NCBI GenBank assembly: GCA_024137785.1
Contig: JAHRHZ010000038.1
Span: 12,700,050 to 12,764,049 of the forward strand
Direction: 5' to 3'
DNA from: Ginglymostoma cirratum
Lineage: Eukaryota
DNA: 64,000 nucleotides
The notes under the pieces are model-generated. The model was not told the origin of the DNA. It was given only the letters and a program-made list of their open reading frames with translations, and did not search any database. Positions within the stretch are counted from its first letter, which is position 1. Every line of letters starts with the position of its first letter. Position numbers and translations under genes: made by a program. This document shows, one piece after another, positions 21,846 through 34,393 of this stretch.

Positions 21846-22804
21846 CGGATAAAATTGGCAGTTGACCTGCTATTATCAGCATAACCCTAACCCTCTGTTT
21901 GGAAAAGCAAAACTAACCATATTTTGTGCTTCTGATTGCTATCCGACGACGTCTGATGAGAGTCTGCATATATATAAGAATAGTATCTGGCTTGGACATG
22001 ACATCCACCATTCCTGAGAAATCTACTTACACTCAGTGTTGAGGCTTGCATTTACGTATTGACTACTTGAATGAGTTATTGATTGGCAATGGCAATCTGC
22101 AAGGAATGAAAGACTTTGGATAAGGGGGAAACTGGTGATTGAAAACAACTTTAAACAACACAAACTTTGACACAGTAAGTCCGTCATAACAGCACTGAAC
22201 TTTAAGCAAGACATTAAATCATCCAATTACCACTTCTAAAAAACAGAAATTACAAAGCATTCATTCATATAAAAGTATAAAACTTGAATAAGAAATAAAG
22301 CATACACTTTTCAAAATACATTTTTTGAGTCCCCATCAAGTCCATAGATAAATGGACATTTGTTTCATCTTAGTCATCAGCTGTGATACACATTGAGTAA
22401 GATAATATCACAAACTGGAGCCTTTTTCAGACTCCATATACCTGCAACTGATGTATGGTTCACATTTCTCAAATCAAACTCAAAAATGTAAATTCTTATT
22501 AGCTGACAGTCTAAACAGTACTTCAGTGAAGAACCCCACAATAATTATTGGGTTGTGATTGATACATGATGCGTTATTCCCATCAAACTGATTTGACGGA
22601 TGTTCTAAGCTAGTCACAGCCAACTACACCCTATACAAAATCTGATATTGCCATTATTGTGAATGTTCCTGCATCAATCTTCAGTCACAAGAGGATCTAC
22701 AGAAGTGAAAGTCAGCATACTCGAAAAATGAGGAGCCTACCTCCACATTGCCAAATTTGGTCTCATCAATAATTCTAAGGAGGAGGCTATATAAATGTTC
22801 TGTC

Positions 22805-23110
22805 AGCATGGCTCAGTTATGTTACTCTATTAGAAGTACTGGAGGAATGCTTTCTTGATAGGTGTGTAATGTCTTCAATGAGACATCAAACCAAGGCTCC
22901 ATCCAGTTGTTCAAATATGCATGAAAGATCTACACGAAAACATATAACGAAGTGCTCCGTTATCCTGGAAAATGTTTATTCCTCCACCAAAAACCACAAA
23001 GGAGGAGTAACAAGTCAAGTCATTTTTCAGTTTTGTTGTCAAGATGTATTCTTTGTAATGATAAAACTGTTTTGACAAACTATGTCTTCTTCAAGTCACA
23101 GGATATAACT
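22805..23110 (+). mobile_element. Highly diverged DeuSINE-like element
   Basis: tcttcaatgagacatcaaaccaaggctcc...aaagatct...tcctggaaaatgtttattcctccaccaa resembles the Deu domain as recalled from memory. A matching tail fragment lies at about 26110-26172. Confidence 0.5.
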
Positions 23111-25324
23111 CTCAATCACAAAAAGTTATTCAACATTTGACCAATAGAATATTAGAATACATATTCCTAGATTTGGTCCCTAGCAAACTGGATCATTTAA
23201 TGCAGGGATGATCAAAGCATCAAGCCAGTTGGAGCACAGCGCTATAAATAAATTTGCGTTACTTTCCTTCTCTTATGTTTAAACAATAGTATTTGCAGTA
23301 ATTTGATTGTGTGGATACATTTTCAATGAACAGTTGGTGTGTTGTGTGTTGTGCATAAGCTTATTTATAAACAAGATGGCTTATCCAGCAGTTTGCTAGC
23401 TGTTACTGAGTTAGTGCCTAAGATGAATGTTGGAGTAAGTTGGACCTATACTTTCCAGTTTAGAAAAATGAGAGATAATCTCATTAAAACATACAAAGTT
23501 TTGACGGGTCAACATTGAGAGGTGGAAGGGATAAACTGAGGTTAAGAAATATTTCTTTACTCAAGGCAGTTGTGAAACTTTGGAATTTTAGATGTATATT
23601 TGAGTGCATTTAAGGTGATAGATTTTTATACCATCATGCAAAGAGCTGTACTGAGTGAGCAGCAAAATGAAGTTCAGCCATGATCAAACTGAAATGAGGG
23701 GGAGGCTCAATGGGCAATATGGTCTTCTGCTCCCGTTGCTTATATTCTTACCCACTCAACCAGCTGTATAGAAAATTACTCCAACAGATTCATCATTTTG
23801 ATTAAATGTCATTCTGAAATAACTGACATTCTTCAGCTGTTTCACTATAAATCATAGTAAAACATTCCAAGATTAAAAGAAATGCAGTTGGCATTTCTTA
23901 TTTTCTTTAAAATATTGGAATCTGTTGGTTAACAATTATCTAAAGGCATAACTGTGGCACATTCATTGCCAGTTTTTGTATACTAGGACCTATAGCTACT
24001 TTGAATTAAGGCTCCAGGATATTTCAAAACCTGGCAAGTGTAGTACATTTAAAACAAGGGTTCAGAAGTAACTTGCATCCAATTCAAAGGCTGGATAGGT
24101 TTCATACCAGGTGATTTCAAGCAGTTATTTGGCAGATTTTGAAAATGCAAAAGCTGGCATGTTATTCTGATCTGGCAGTGTGAGACTAAATTGCCTCAAT
24201 TTTAAATTATGTAAAAGAATAGATAATTGATGAAATCAAACATTTCATTCCTGTTAAATCTCATCAATTCTGTATGTAGCTCAGTGTCAGCTCTTGATGT
24301 ATCACAGATGAATGATTTTTCTTCTTGACCCAATCACGTACAACTTCTGTATCTGTGTCTCTACCATGTTACTGTTCTGGTAAAAATTTAAAAGTCTGCA
24401 GTATGATCCTTGTACTACAATTCTACTACATTAAAACTATTCACTGTTTGGGAGACCAGAATTCATCTATAAACTAAAAATGAGGATATTTTGAATCATT
24501 ACACTAACAGAGTAAAAACTAAACTGTCTTCATACCAGAGATATGGTATGGTGCTGCTGGTATTTTATGCTCAGCACTCACAGGACATCTGATCCCTGAT
24601 CATCCCGATTTGGAATGTTAGTGGTTGATCTTGATGGTATATCCCTAATCACCTTGTCTCGTGGCAGGATGGAATATACTTGAACTCCAGTAGCTTTGAA
24701 TACGTATGAAAACTTTTGGCTTGCAGTTGATGTAATTTCTGATTCCTGGTAGCCTGATGTTGAAGCAGTAAATTTTTGCTCCGTAGTATTTAAGTGCTCC
24801 AGAAGGTACTCTGATGAAGCGTACATCCACTGCCAACATGCAGAAATAGCGGGGGTGGATGGTGGGGGTCACTTAGGTTTCAAAGATGTTGTTATAGGAA
24901 TCACCAAATAAGCAAAGAACACTGTATAAACAAAGTAATTTAGAGACAGACAGTCATGACGTGAATGACAAAGTTTCTATTGGTCTGTGACAATGTTCAA
25001 ACAGGTGTATTTTGTTTGGAAATCTAAATAAATTTGTGTAGAAGAACTGAACTGTGTTCAGTTGACTAAATTGAATCAGATTTGAGAACATAGAGGGAGG
25101 ATATGAGTGACGGCCACTAATTGCAGTATACATTCCATCGCCAATCTGTTCCCATGAATTTTAGGAATTCTTAACTTATGCTTTTGAACAATTTCCCTTC
25201 ATAAGCCTTTGCAAGGATTCAGATTGTAGCATTTGATTTCCTGATGATCCTCTCCAGTATATGGCTCAATTTTTAAAGTTTCATGTCACTTCAGAGACTG
25301 GCTGCAAGGCCTCTCAAGCTGGAA

Positions 25325-25354
25325 TCAATGGCAAATTTTCTCTGTCATCGCTTT
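25325..25354 (-). CDS. MOB3C: MOB kinase activator 3C, last coding exon (KAMTEKICH*)
   Basis: Minus strand: tttttctccttaacag|AAA GCG ATG ACA GAG AAA ATT TGC CAT TGA. Phase 0 matches the previous exon and the peptide resembles the human C-terminus REMTERICH. Absent from the ORF track. Confidence 0.93.
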   Translation of the reverse strand, partial: KAMTEKICH

Positions 25355-27539
25355 CTGTTAAGGAGAAAAAGAATAAAATAAAATCTCATTAAAAGAAGCA
25401 TTTTGCAGTTCAGAGACATTTTTGAGCACATTCAGTTACTGGAACAGCCAGGCAATTGGGAAATTCTGCATTGCAGCAGACACTATGAACGTCACAGGAC
25501 CACCACCAACAATTTGCTTTTATATAGTACCCCTTTGTTATTTAAACAGTGTCCCAAGGCACTCAACATAATCAACAACATGATTACATGGCTGCCACTT
25601 TAGATAATTAGATTGAAAAAGGTTAAAGGGATTTAACTGAAAACATAAACAACCAAAGAAGAGAGGCACAGTTCTCCATTTTGTGTCAGAACCACGATAT
25701 AGGTCCATCTGGTGCTCCTGATCTTGTACTGTTGCTGGCAAACCGGTAGATTGGCCTGTGGAATGAATTTGTGCTCCTGTCTACTTCCATACTCACCCCA
25801 TTCTGAAACATAAATTATGCCCCAGAGATTTCTAGTAACATTTCTTAATGTGGGTAGGCTGGTTGTGTTGTGGTGGTCCAATATATTTATGCTATATTAG
25901 CTTTCGCAAAATACTTTTCAATTTAAAAGCCTCACATAACAAATTAAAAATGGAAAGAATTTCAAAAAGTACAATTATTAGATAAGTGGTAACTTAGACC
26001 CAAACCAGACAGGACTCTTCCTTTTAAGTTGCATTACATAGTTGTGTACAATTGTTTTTGTGATTAGGTGTTTAGCTTCTTTTATTACAAAGCTATCGAG
26101 TGATCCTCTAGGTACTTAATTGACTATGAAACGTGTCAGTGCTTATGAAGGGTGCTAGATAAATGCAAGCCTTTTTTGCTTTTGTATGTTGTCCAATGGT
26201 ACTTGTCACCTTCTACAACTGGCAGACACCACAGAAACTAGACCGCATAGTCGACACAGATAATACATTTATTATTTAATTTATAAAGATTCCTCTTTAT
26301 GATATTGTTTTCAATTAGTTGTGCTCCTTTGTCCACCACTGTTTGATGAGTCTCTGTTGCTTTATTTATGAGGGATTCATTGATCCAGTTCCTTTGCGAC
26401 TTACTTTTCATTATCAATAATCAATCAAACCTTGCACACATTAATGACTTGGATTGGGGATTTTGCATTCTACTTTTTATCCCACAAGATAGTACTTAAA
26501 GAATGCAGCTCTTCCCTTTCATTGCCAGCTAAAAAAAATCTAACAACATAAAGCACTTTTGTGTTTACAGGAAGTTATTGTTAAATAATGGTTATACATG
26601 TTATTACCAATTACTAGGTGATACAGCTTGCACCATTGATAGTCTGTGCCAGTCTTTGACTTAAAAAGAATCAAATTTTCCATTCGTCCCGGCAAAGCAA
26701 AAATCAATAATGATATTACTACTGAGTAGACTTTCAATGAATGAAGACAAATCTGATGAAGGCCTAACAGTATTGCAGTACTTAACGCTACACATTATAA
26801 CAGAATACTTAACAAAACATTGACTCAGAAACCAGGCCAAAACCTGCAGTACTACCATGACATTATCCACTTTTTAATGTACCTAGGTACAAGTGATAAT
26901 ATTAAAATATCACCCTCCCCATGCTCCAGTCCAATCGACTGGCAATAGTGCTGCTTTTTAAATGACAATTATTGTCGTACCACAATATTTCCCTACCTAT
27001 AAAGTTTTACCTGGAAATCTTCCACTGGCCTTTCTCTGTACTTTTTTTTAAATATTTGTAGGTTTAAGGTCATTGGTAGCCCAAAAAACAATTCTGAAGT
27101 CAGCCTTTAATTCTTTTTCTTACTCAAAACATAAATCACATTTCCTGGCATGTCTAAAATTATATAAACGTCATTTAGAGCAGGAATGTCTGAAATCATC
27201 ATAATCACATTACAGGCACCTGGTATTGGACTACTCAAATGTCAGTTTGCATCATTTTATTTCTCATTTTACATTGCTTGAATTTCGATTAAATCTTTTT
27301 CCACCAACACTAATAATGATTTTATTCATATAGTCCTTTTAAGGTAGTAACAGATTTGATTTGATTTGATTTATTGTCACATGTGCCAAGATAAGTGAAA
27401 AGTACTGTTTGCTAATCAGACAAGTCACGCTTTACATAAGTAGAATGCACTATATAGTGTTATAGCTACAGAGAAAGATCAACTCCAATATATGAGAGTA
27501 CTGTTCACAAGTTTGATAACAGCGGGGAAGAAACTATTC

Positions 27540-29480
27540 TTAAGGACTTTAGAGGAGAATTATCAAATGAAACGTAACACCAAGCCACAAATGAAGAATG
27601 TAGGGCAGATGACCAAAAGTTGATCAAAAAGGTTTAAAGGAGTGTTTTAAAGGAAGCAAGTGTATAATATGTTGTAGGACTTGCCTGCTCTGCTTCCCAC
27701 TCAGTTGTGGAGGAGTAATCAACATTTTTCAACAATGGCTACCTGCTGTGAATCCACATGGGGAGTTATTTTTCACCCCTCAATAGAATACACAAGGAGG
27801 GGGAAAGGTTTAAGGAGGAAATTCCAGAGCATGGGGTTTGTAAACTAGAGACAAAATCACTTATGGTGCAGCAATTAAAACCAAGGATGCTGAAGAGGCT
27901 AGAACTGGAAAAGGACAAGTATGTCAGAGGATGAACAGATGAGCTGATGCTAAAGTCGAGTTAGGCAATGTAAAAGGCATGTAAATAATCAGAAATATGT
28001 TTTGGAGCTCATCTTGTGACCAAACATTACTTTAAGGTTGCAAACTTTCTGTTTTAGCCTCAGGTGGTTGCCAGGAGGATGGATGCATAAGTCAGTGGCT
28101 ATTGATTGTGGAGGGTGAAAGACAAACGGTTTAGTCTTCCTGATATTTAATTAGAGGAAATGTCTGCTCATACAAATGTTGATTACTTTAAGAGATATTG
28201 CTGGGGTGAATGTGGTGGTAAGGTAGAACGGGGTCTCATGAGCATATGTTTAAAAACTGAAGCTGTGTTTCAGATGATATCACCAAAGGTGGTCATTTAG
28301 GTTAGAAATGTGGGGGGGTCCAAGGATGGATCAGAGACAATAGAATGGGAAAATAAGTCATTACAGTTACTTCTCTGGCTATGACTAGATTAATTAAAGT
28401 AAAACAAAATGAGTGTAGTCTCACCAAGTTGGATGATAGGTGTTGGAGGACAATCAGGACAACCAAGCATGTCTAAGTATGAGAAGGGACACAGTCTATA
28501 TTGGTTAAAAATGAATCCTATGAGGCAGAAACAATTATTAGAGTGATTTTGTTAGTTGGTCTGGCAAACTGCTTTCAGAGATTCAAACATAGGATTTAAT
28601 TTTTCAGCTCTGCTGGGTCCAGGAACGGTGAGGACTGGAGATTGAGGAGGCTCCTCTCCCTACCCTCCACAGCCACTACTCAGTGGCTGATTGCAAAGGC
28701 TATTAAAAAGGGTGGAGAGAAGGGGGACCTCCGCTCAGAAGCATTTACCCCCTCCCTCACCTTCCATTGCAGCCCGCTGCTCTTTTCAAAGTGGAAGGCC
28801 CGTTATTGGTCCTTTAGCAACAAATCAGCCTTCTGATGATTATTTGGCCATCCTGGGGAACATCACAATGAGCGACAACCGTTTCACATACAGTACAAGC
28901 TTGGTTCCATATTTTAGTTGGGTTCAGAAGCCTGAAGAGAAAATCCAACCCGCAGAATTCCTGAAAAGGTGAGCACAGATTTGAGCAGTGATGGGATGTT
29001 CAAGGTATTAGATGAGACTACAGTTTACAAGGGATCAAGTATTGTTCTTTGAGGAGGATGTTGGTAGATTTGAAGGAAAGAGATACAGAATTTGAGGGCA
29101 ACTGTTAACAATATCAACTTACAGGTTATCAGAAAGAGCAAATTACTGCAGATGCTGGAATCTGTACCGAAAACAAAAATGCTGGAAATCACAGGTCAGG
29201 CAGCATTCACGGGGAGAGAGCAAGCTAACATTGAGTCTAGATAACTCTTCATCTAGACTTGAAGCGCTAGCCTGCTCCCTCTCCACAGATGCTGTCTGAC
29301 CCACTGTGATTTACAGCATTTTTTTATTTTCAGTATCAGAAAGGGAAGTTGGACTTTTGGTTGGAATAGGGTTGAAAGAATAGAAGGCTGGTCTCCTAGG
29401 GCTAAGATAGGACATGACAGCAGACAAGAGAGAAGCTAGAGAAAGCTGTAAATAGGCTTAGGGAATGGAAAAATCTTTGA
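27540..29480 (-). mobile_element. Old L2-like LINE remnant with younger inserts
   Basis: ggtttaaaggagtgttttaaagga...gaggaaattccagagcatgggg and tagtcttcctgatatttaattagaggaaa resemble reverse-strand L2 3' sequence. Strongly decayed. Confidence 0.5.
29137..29333. mobile_element. Palindromic PLE-derived element, family B-related
   Basis: 10-bp TSD tatcagaaag (29127-29136 and 29334-29343). Tail ttactgcagatgctggaatctg plus inverted arms. Confidence 0.8.
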
Positions 29481-29901
29481 GGATGTTTCACTCACCAAGT
29501 TAAAGAAAGGAAGGGATGTGATACATGTGTTAAGTTTCTCAGTACGTCACACATTTCAGAGACATACTCATGATATCATCACTGTTTTATAGTATGACCT
29601 GAGGGTATAAAGTTTTCAGACTTCATCTTACCATGGATCACGTGAAGCACACACATGAATAGAAGAATGCTACTCTTTGTAACTGAATAGCCTGTGAGGC
29701 ACTATTTGTATATTTTAATAAGCTGACATAAGTGTCAGTTGGATTTTCCAATGTCACATTACCCACATTTAGATTATGTTTCAGGAGGTAATGTAAGCAT
29801 TGCTGCACCAGATAGAGATGCCCTGAAGGAGGCAAAACATTTAGCAAATCCACAAAATGGGTAATTTCAATCTCAGTTAAACAGCAGTCCATTAACTCCC
29901 T

Positions 29902-31092
29902 GTGACCAGAAAAGTAGACAACGGTGAGTCAGTCAATGTTGTGTATCTGGACTTTCAAAAGGCTTTCGACCAGGTTCCACACAAGACATTAGTAAGGAAA
30001 ATTAAAACTCATGGTATCAGAGGTAACGTATTGACATGGATAGAGAACTGGTTGGCAGTCAGGAAGCAGAGAGTTGAAATAAATGGATCCTTTTCAGAGT
30101 GGCAAGCAGTGACGAATAGGGTACCGCAGGGTTCACTGCTGGGACTCCAGCTGTTCACAATATACATTAACAATTTGGGCGAAGGCATTGAATGCTATAT
30201 CTCCAGACTTGCAGATGACATTGAGCTGGGTGGCTGTGAGGAGGATGCTAAGAGGCTGCAGGGTGACTTGGACAATCTGGCTCAATGGGCAAATACTTGG
30301 CAAATGCAGTATAATGCGGATAAATGTAAGATTATCCACTTTGGTCATAAAGACAGGAAGGCAGCTTATTATCTGAATGGTGGCAGTTTAGGAGGTGCAA
30401 CAAGACCTGTCATTGAAGGTTGGCATGCAGGTGCAGCAGGCAGTGAGGAAATCTAATGGCATGCTGTCCTTCATAGTGAGAGGATCAGAGTGAGGATGTC
30501 TTGCTGCAATTATACAGGGCTTTGTTGAGGCCACATCTTGGGTATTCTGTGCAGTTTTGGTCTCCTACTCTGAGGAAGGACATTCTTGCTATTGAGGGAG
30601 TCCAGTGAAGATTCACCAGACCGATTCCTGGGATAGCAGGACTGACAGATGAGGAAAGACTGGATCAACAGGGTTTGTATTTGCTGGTATTTAGAAGAAT
30701 GAGGGGAGATCTCATGGAAACATATAAAATCCTGATGGGACTGGACAGGCTAGATGTGGGAAGAATGTTCCCGATGTTGGGGAAGTCCAGAACTAGGCGT
30801 CACTGTCTAAGAACAAGGGGTAAGCCATTCAGGACTGAGATGAGGAAGAATTTCTTCACTCAGAGTTGTGAACCTGTGGAATTCTCTCCCACAGGAAGCT
30901 GTTGGAGCCAGTAAATTAGACATATTCAAGAGGGAACGAGACATGGCTCTTGCAGCTAAAGGGATCAAGGGAATATGGAGAGAGGGCAGGAATGGGACAC
31001 TGAGATTGCATGATCAGCCATGATCGTATTGAATGGTAGTACAGGCTCGATGGGCTGAATGGCCTTCTCCTGCACCAACTTTCTATGTTTCT
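29902..31092 (+). mobile_element. CR1 LINE, 5'-truncated (RT to 3' end)
   Basis: ORF 29902-30456: VVYLDFQKAFDQVPH...VPQGSLLG...RLADDIELGG...WQMQYNADKCKIIHFG; CR1 3' tail at about 31000-31090. Confidence 0.92.
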
Positions 31093-32029
31093 TCCACATT
31101 TTAAAGGCAAGGATAGAAGAAACAGTGAAAAGTGGGGCAGGACTTTTTCTGTTAATAGAGAATGGAGGTAGGTGGGCATGTAATTTCATGCAACTGGTTC
31201 AGCTGCTCACACTGCCTTATCTCTGAGTCACGTTCCTGCAGGCTGGATCAATGGGCAGAAATGACAGTGATCTTATCAGAACAACTTAAAAGCCAAGCAC
31301 TGGAGTCTAACTGGTTTTCTGCAGTCAACTTGCGAACAGGCCATCTGTCTGGATGCCGCAGACAACCTTGACACTGAAGTCCCAACCTGAAACAGGATCA
31401 GCCACTGGTGGTTAAAGGTTGTTTGCAGTTGAGAAAAGTAGTAAATGGTTGTCCTGCATTCCAGGATGATCCTGTGATTGTTGAAATATTCGATCATATT
31501 ACACAAATTGAATCAGCTGTTATTCAGATCAGATGAAGTCATCCTTCCCATTCTTTCCTGCTGTTAAAGATATTCTGCTGTAGTGCACTATTCCAGAAGT
31601 TACTTGATGACAGTTTATATGCACAGTGGACGAAAGCAAGTGCAAAAGTACTGTGGGATTAACTTCTTTTGACACTGCACAGCTTAATTATTCATGTAGG
31701 ATTATCTCGTGTTAAATTATTTGCTGTGTTGTGTTACTTGTGAAAAATCTATTTGTTATAAAGAGGTTAGCAGTTGTGTTAAAATAGTGCGCCAAGGAAT
31801 GGGTCGAACAATTTGTCCCAGGAAGATAGTGTGAAGTGTTGGAATTCTTGTGGTGTTTTGTTACAATACTTCATTCTGTGACATGATATAACCATGTAAC
31901 TGGATTGAGTGCTACTAATTGATTTACATTGCTACTGTGACTGGGCAGCCCCACAACTAAATCTTTATTAGTTTTGTGCAAACACACAACACAGGATATT
32001 TTTGTAAGTTGTGATCAAAAAAAGAATTA

Positions 32030-33965
32030 CTGTTACAGAAATATAGTTGCAGGATGACAAAAATTGCGTCCTCAATATTAGAGGAGTACACAACATTCAA
32101 CAAGAATAGTTGGAGGGATAGCACTTGTCATGAAGGATGGCATTGGTGTATTAATTAGAGATGACCTTGGTTCAGAAGATTAGGATGTATAAACAATTTG
32201 AATGGAGATAAGGTTTGGGGGAACGAAGTCATTACTGGGAGTAGTCTACCAGCCTCCCGACAGTAACTGACAATTTATGACAAAGTATACAAGAAGAAAT
32301 GCCGAATGCTTGTGATAAAGAGATGGTCATAATCTTGGGTGATTTTAATTTGCACACACACTGTAACAAACAGGTCAGCTATAGTAGCTACAATGAATTC
32401 ATAGAACAGTTTCAAGATAATTTCTTAGAGTGGCAAATTCTTGAACCAACCAGACGGCATGTTATAATCGGACATGGTATTGTGAAACGTGAAAGGATTA
32501 ATTCAAGACCTCATCCTAAAGACACCCCAAGTAGCAGTGACCACAACCTAACTGTACTTTACATTCAGTCTTAAAGGGAGATGACTGGGTCTTTAAAGAG
32601 TATTTTAAATTTAAGCAAGGGTGACCACGTGGGCAAGAAATCTAAAATATGAACTAGCGTGCAAGACTAGAGGATAGATCAATAGAGATGCAGTGGTAGA
32701 CATTTAAGGTGATATTTCAGAATCCTCCAAATAAATATATACCAACCATAAAGGAAAGTTTCACAGGAGGACCCACCATCCATGATTAACTAAAGTTAGG
32801 GAAATAGCATATAACTGCAGAAAAGGTAATGTGGCAGGTCAGATAATTGGTCAGAAAATAAAGAATGGTAGAGTTTGACTAAAAGGTTAATCAGACTACA
32901 AAAATAAAGTATGAGAGAAAGCTAGCTACACATATAGAAACTCCTGCTATCCATTTTTAAAGGTTTTAAAAGGAAAGGAGAAAGTAAAGTGAATCAAAAA
33001 CAGAAATTGCTGGAAAAGCTCAGCAGGTCTGGCAGCATCTGTGGAGAGAAATCAGAGTTAATGTTTCAGGTCCAGAGTGATCCTTCCTCGGAACTGAAAG
33101 TAAAGTGAATGGTCAGGAAAAAGATGGCGGCATACATTGGGTTTAAGCTATCGGGCTCAAGTGAATCCCTAGATGGCTATAAGTAGTGTAGGAGTACACT
33201 CAAGAGAGAAATCAGAAGAGCAAAAAGAGGGTATGAGATTGATCTGGCAGATAAGGTTAAAGATAATCCCAAGAGGTTTTAGAGCTATATTAAGAGTAAA
33301 AGGTGGCTGGGAGAGGAGGTCCCCGTAAAGATCAGCATGGCCATCTATGTGTGGAGTTACAGGAGATGGGGGAGATTTTTAATATTTCTCTTTAGTGTTT
33401 ACGGAGGAGAGAATCATGGATCCTAATGAAATAATGGAAACAAATGGGGATGTTTTCGACCGCATCCATATTACCAGTGATGAGGTGGTTGCAGTCTTGA
33501 AGCGCATTAAGTGAATAAATCCCCTGGGCCTGATCAAGTTCATCCTCGGACATTGTGGGAGGCTAGGGAAGAAATTTCAGAGGCCCTTGCAGACTTTTGC
33601 TTCATCTTTAGCTACTAGTGAAGTTCCAGAAGACTGGAAGGTAGCTAATGTTGTTCCATTGTTTAAGAAAGGTAGCAAAGGCAAGCCAGGGAACTACAGG
33701 CCAATGAGCCTGATATCAGTGATAGGCAGGTTATTGGAGAAGATACGGAGGGACTGGATCAACCAGCATTTGGATAGGTGGTGGACTAGAGTCATTAAAT
33801 ATTTTAAAGACAGAGGTGGATAGATGTATCCTTAGTCAAGGGAATCAAGAGTTATCGGGGGTAGATGGAATGTGAAATTCAAAAAAACAAACAGATCAGC
33901 CACAATCTTATTGAATGGTGGAGCAGGCCCACAGTGCCACAGTAACTCTGCACCTATTTTCTATG
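32030..33965 (+). mobile_element. Composite CR1 fragments (endonuclease and linker regions, then a 3' tail)
   Basis: IILGDFNLH...ILEPTR...SSDHN (APE motifs); VPEDWKVANVVPLFKKG...PGNYRPMSL. Confidence 0.85.
32995..33095 (-). mobile_element. Single-arm PLE-derived insertion, family B
   Basis: Perfect 15-bp TSD gaaagtaaagtgaat (32980-32994 and 33096-33110). Confidence 0.88.
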
Positions 33966-34190
33966 CCCATAAATGGAAAGGCAATAGCATAGTGGTATTA
34001 TTGCTGGACTATTAATCCAGATAATGTTCTGGGCATCTGGGTTTGAATCCCATCACAGCAGATTTCTACACCATTCCTGATGCACAAGTGGCAAAATGCA
34101 AGATTATTTCTTCAAAATAAAGCCAACAGAAATATGACTTCACAGGTAAGACTCAGAAATACATACAACCATACATGTAAACATACATAC

Positions 34191-34393
34191 CAGAGGCTCC
34201 AATTCCCGCTCATCTGTCAAGTCAAACTCTGTCACAAAGTAGTAAAAATGTTTGTAGCAAGTGTTGACGTGGGCTTCTGCTCCCATGGCAGTAATCCGAT
34301 CAAAGTGGTGAATGTAAACATGAACAAAGACTCGGAAAAGTCGAGTGAGAATCTTCTTACAGAGTTGCATAAAATTCTTGGGGAAGGGAACAC
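34191..34393 (-). CDS. MOB3C: MOB kinase activator 3C, middle coding exon (203 nt)
   Basis: Acceptor ttttccatag|GT GTT CCC TTC CCC AAG; encodes (G)[67 protein letters not shown]; donor CTG|gtatgt. Confidence 0.97.

Noticed and set aside
21882-21894. Telomere-like taaccctaaccct
   Set aside because: Only two units inside an old repeat; expected by chance.
33121-33131. YY1-type motif aagatggcggc
   Set aside because: Isolated, inside composite CR1 sequence, with no CpG-rich context.
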